Shown piece by piece: positions 27,394 to 30,590 of a DNA stretch of 30,590 nt. Under the pieces are notes generated by a model that saw only the letters and a program-made list of their open reading frames with translations, ran no database searches and was not told the DNA's origin. Within the stretch, counting starts at the first letter, position 1; the number at the start of each line of letters is the position of its first letter. Made by a program: the position numbers and the translations under genes. Origin of the DNA: Myxococcales bacterium (lineage in GTDB: Bacteria > Myxococcota_A > Polyangia > GCA-2747355); NCBI GenBank assembly GCA_020431405.1, contig JAGQIK010000117.1:1-30590 (forward strand), written 5' to 3'.

Positions 27394-28749
27394 ATGCGTC
27401 TCCCGAGCATCGTCCTCGCCGCACTCCTCGCCGTGCCGGCGTCTGGCTGCGTCGAGACCGACGGCGAGCCCATCGAGAAGAACGAAGGCGCGCAGCAGTC
27501 GTGCCCCGGCGGCGTACCGCGTCGCGACCCGGTCAAGCCCGAGGTCATCCAGGCCTTCTATCCGTGCTGCAGCGGGCGCGCGCACCTGATCCCCGAGTTC
27601 CTCGTGCCGTCCGACTTCCGCGACATGCTCGACAAGGGCCCCGACGGCACGTCGACGCTGTGCGTGCCCGACGAGTTCGCGGTCAACCCCGACTTCACGC
27701 CCAAGACCTGCCGCTCGCTGTTCGGCCAGCCGGGCGCGTGCATCTCCGAGTGCGTGCCGCAGGTGCGCGACGCGCCGACGGCGCTGCCGCAGGCCGACTG
27801 CGCCCCCGGCGAGAAGTGCGCGCCTTGCGTCGACCCGCGCACCAACCAAGAGACCGGCGCCTGCAAGATGGGTCAGATGGCGTGCGCGCCGCCAGCGAGC
27901 AACACGCCCGGCACCGACGACTGCCGCGAGTGGGACCCCGAGCCGAGCCTCGCCGATCAGTACCCGGTCTGCTGTCCCGGCGCGCGCTGCGTGCCCAAGG
28001 ACCTGGTCGAGGATTCGCTCGCCAAGGACCTCGCGCCGTGTGAAGGCGGCTACTGCACGCCCGAGAAGTTCCTCGTGCGCGGCGGCAAGTTCAAGCCCGC
28101 CACCTGCCGCGCCATCGGCAACGTCGAGGGGCGCTGCCTGTCGACCTGCATCAAGTCGATCAAGGAGCAGGCCGATCAGCTCGAGCAGGGCAGCTGCGAC
28201 CAAGGCGAGGTCTGCGCGCCGTGCTACGACCCGCGCACCGGCATGGGCACCGGCGCCTGCACCGCTGGGCTGTGCGACGCGCCGAAAGAGCCGGCCAAGA
28301 CCTTCACCCAGTGCGGCAAAGAGAAGGACCAGGCCTGGTGCGTGCCCGAGTCGCTGGTGCCGGCCAAGGACCGCTGCAACTTCGACACGCAGGGCTGTCA
28401 GGCGGCGCCGGTGTGCGAGCCGGGCACGATCTGCGTGCCCAAGGCGATCGTCGACGCGGGCCCGACGTTCAAGCCGCGCCAGTGCACCAACGGGCTGCTC
28501 GGCTTCCTGGCGCTCTTCCAGAAGCTGTCGGGCGGCATCATCCAGGCCATCGCGGCGATGAAGGACTTCAAAGAGGGGCGCTGCCTCTCGGCCTGCCTGC
28601 CGCAGGTGCGCAAGGACGCCGCGCTGCTCGGCCAGAACGGCTGCGCCGACGGCGAGATCTGCGTGCCGTGCTTCGATCCGCGGCAAGCGGCCAACGGCAA
28701 GATCCCGACCGGGGCGTGCGACGAGAATCGCCGCTGCCCGGGGACCTAG
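27394..28749 (+). CDS. Cys-rich secreted lipoprotein built from three repeated modules of about 55 aa. The start could alternatively be 27355 or 27370.
   Basis: MRLPSIVLAALLAVPASGC is a signal peptide with a lipobox. Three modules follow of the form C(R/S)..G..G.C.S.C......L.Q..C..GE.C.PC.DPRT....GAC. Confidence 0.65.
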   Translation: MRLPSIVLAALLAVPASGCVETDGEPIEKNEGAQQSCPGGVPRRDPVKPEVIQAFYPCCSGRAHLIPEFLVPSDFRDMLDKGPDGTSTLCVPDEFAVNPDFTPKTCRSLFGQPGACISECVPQVRDAPTALPQADCAPGEKCAPCVDPRTNQETGACKMGQMACAPPASNTPGTDDCREWDPEPSLADQYPVCCPGARCVPKDLVEDSLAKDLAPCEGGYCTPEKFLVRGGKFKPATCRAIGNVEGRCLSTCIKSIKEQADQLEQGSCDQGEVCAPCYDPRTGMGTGACTAGLCDAPKEPAKTFTQCGKEKDQAWCVPESLVPAKDRCNFDTQGCQAAPVCEPGTICVPKAIVDAGPTFKPRQCTNGLLGFLALFQKLSGGIIQAIAAMKDFKEGRCLSACLPQVRKDAALLGQNGCADGEICVPCFDPRQAANGKIPTGACDENRRCPGT

Positions 28750-28761
28750 GGACGGCCGACG

Positions 28762-30590
28762 TTGATCACCCGCTTCAGCGCGGCGCTCGCGCCGCTCGTG
28801 CTGCTCGCGCTCGCGCCGTCGTCGGCGCGCGCTGGCGGCATGGAGGTCGGTGACACCGGCGCCGAGGCGCTCGGACGCGGCGGCGCGTTCACGGCCAAAG
28901 CCGACAACCCGACGGCGGTCAACTACAACCCCGCCGGCTTCGCCAAGCTGCGCGGCCACCACGCGGCCATCAGCGCCAACATCATCTACTCCGACTACAC
29001 GTTCCAGCGCCTCGGCGGCTTCGACGGGCAGACGCCCTATCCGACCATCGCCAGCGAGACGCCGCTGTTCGCCGCGCCGATGCACCTGATGGCGAGCACC
29101 GACTTCGGCTACTTCAAGCGCGTGACGTTCGGCTTCGGCATCTACATGCCCGCCGCCGCGACGCGCTCGTATCCGCGCGAGCTCAACGTCGGCGGCGCCA
29201 ACGTGCCGTCGCCGGCGCGCTTCGACTTCCTCTCGATGCAGGGCATCATGCTCTTTCCCACGGCGGCGCTGGCGATCCGCCTCACCGACTGGCTCGACGT
29301 CGGCGTGACGTTTCAGACCGTCATCACCAAGGCGACGATCAAGATGCTCGCCACGGTGGCGGCCGCCTGCGAGACCCCCGAGGACGCGTCGTGCGACGTC
29401 GACATCGACCTCGAGGTCAAAGACATGTTCTCGCCCACCGGCTCGCTCGGCTTTCTGATGCGCCTCGGCGAGAGCGTCGAGGTCGGCGGCATGCTGCGGC
29501 TGCCGTCGTCGTCGGAGCTCAAGGGCACCGCCAACGTCGGTTTCGGCCCTGGCATCTCGCGCCTCGAAAACAGCCTGCAGCACAAGATGCTCGATCCGAT
29601 GGCGCCGCAGGTCACGCTGACCAACGACTACCCGTGGATGATGCGGCTCGGCGGTCGCATCATCTTTCGCGACAAGCGCGGCGAGGAAGCCGGCGACATC
29701 GAGCTCGACCTGATCTACGAGCGCTGGTCGGCGGTCAGCAAGCGCACCGTGCTGATCGAGGGGCAGTCGCTGGGCAAGCCGATGCCGCCGTCGGAGGTCG
29801 ACTACGCGCTCAAGGACACCTTCAGCGTGCGCCTCGGCGGCGCCTATCGCTTCAGGCTCGCCAGCGACATGTTCCTCACGCTGCGCGCCGGCGTGTTCGG
29901 CGAGACGGCGACGACGTCGATCTCCGATACGCGCCTCGGCGTGCTGTCGCCGGCGCGCGTCGCGTTCACCGGCGGCGTCGGCCTCAAGTGGGGCTTCATC
30001 AGCGTCGACGTGGCGTTCGCGCAGTTCTTCTTCCCCAAGCGCGTGGTCGGGCGCAGCACGGTCACGGCGCAGGACTTCGGCGGCGGCGTCGGGCCGACGG
30101 TGGGCAACGGCGTCTACGCCGCCAAGCTGACGGCGCTGGCGCTGCAGGTCAGCTTCGCCTTCGGCCAGCCGAAGCAGGCGCTGCCGCGCCGCACGCCGCC
30201 CAAGCCCGACGACTACGACGGCATGGGCCTCTACCTCTCGAAGAACGAGCGCAAGCGCAAGCGCCGGCGCCGTCGCACGCGCCAGGCGCTCGCCTCGGCC
30301 GACGGGCTCGTGTTCTCGGGCACGCGCAGCTACGCCACGAAGACAGCCGCCGCGCACGAGAGCCGCACCGAGCGCCTGCAGCGCGCGCGGCGTCAGGGGC
30401 GCACGTCGTCGAGGCGCGCGCCGTCACGACGCGGCGTGCGCGATGTCGACTTCAACTTCTCGGCCGAGAAGGTCACGCGGCGCGACAGCAGCTCGCGCAG
30501 CGGCGGTGACAGCTACAGCTTCGAGCCCACCACCGTGCGGCGCTCGAGCCGCTCGCGTCGGGTGCGCCGCCGCGTGCGCCGCTACCGCCG
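28762..30590 (+). CDS. FadL/TodX (OmpP1) family outer-membrane transport protein, partial. It carries a long basic C-terminal extension that runs off the window.
   Basis: A TTG start lies 12 nt after the upstream stop. The signal peptide is ITRFSAALAPLVLLALAPSSARA. ALGRGGAFTAKADNPTAVNYNPAG matches the FadL N-terminus [24 protein letters not shown]. The barrel-terminal strand LALQVSFAF is followed by an Arg/Ser-rich tail. The frame is open to the window end and is absent from the ORF track because it has no stop. Confidence 0.7.
   Translation, partial: MITRFSAALAPLVLLALAPSSARAGGMEVGDTGAEALGRGGAFTAKADNPTAVNYNPAGFAKLRGHHAAISANIIYSDYTFQRLGGFDGQTPYPTIASETPLFAAPMHLMASTDFGYFKRVTFGFGIYMPAAATRSYPRELNVGGANVPSPARFDFLSMQGIMLFPTAALAIRLTDWLDVGVTFQTVITKATIKMLATVAAACETPEDASCDVDIDLEVKDMFSPTGSLGFLMRLGESVEVGGMLRLPSSSELKGTANVGFGPGISRLENSLQHKMLDPMAPQVTLTNDYPWMMRLGGRIIFRDKRGEEAGDIELDLIYERWSAVSKRTVLIEGQSLGKPMPPSEVDYALKDTFSVRLGGAYRFRLASDMFLTLRAGVFGETATTSISDTRLGVLSPARVAFTGGVGLKWGFISVDVAFAQFFFPKRVVGRSTVTAQDFGGGVGPTVGNGVYAAKLTALALQVSFAFGQPKQALPRRTPPKPDDYDGMGLYLSKNERKRKRRRRRTRQALASADGLVFSGTRSYATKTAAAHESRTERLQRARRQGRTSSRRAPSRRGVRDVDFNFSAEKVTRRDSSSRSGGDSYSFEPTTVRRSSRSRRVRRRVRRYR

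Overview
This is a very GC-rich (~70%) stretch of bacterial chromosome. The codon bias, Pro/Gly/Asp low-complexity linkers, many lipoproteins and MYXO-CTERM-like tails point to a myxobacterium (Myxococcota, probably Polyangia/Sorangiineae-like). I could support about 25 protein-coding genes and found no rRNA, tRNA, CRISPR array or transposase. The many long six-frame ORFs antisense to real genes are high-GC artefacts. Most of the window is ordinary: a truncated-Hsp70/J-protein/PilZ operon, several secreted lipoproteins, a TetR regulator, a TauE/SafE exporter, a Gfo/Idh/MocA oxidoreductase, a 1324-aa TPR membrane protein, a Cys-rich modular lipoprotein and a FadL-family outer-membrane protein. 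Two things stand out. (1) At 9542-12124 there is a full-length Major Vault Protein homologue with MVP-repeat, shoulder and cap-helix regions, translationally coupled to a cytoplasmic GH35-like glycosidase and an unknown protein. (2) Convergent with that operon, at 15380-21104, is a five-gene translationally coupled operon: three tandem caspase/CHAT-like proteases, then a protein resembling the gasdermin N-terminal pore-forming domain, then a signal-peptide-less EndoG/Serratia-family non-specific nuclease. It reads as a bacterial gasdermin cell-death system with a multi-protease cascade plus a DNA-degrading second effector. I have not seen that combination described, and it is the main candidate for a new system.
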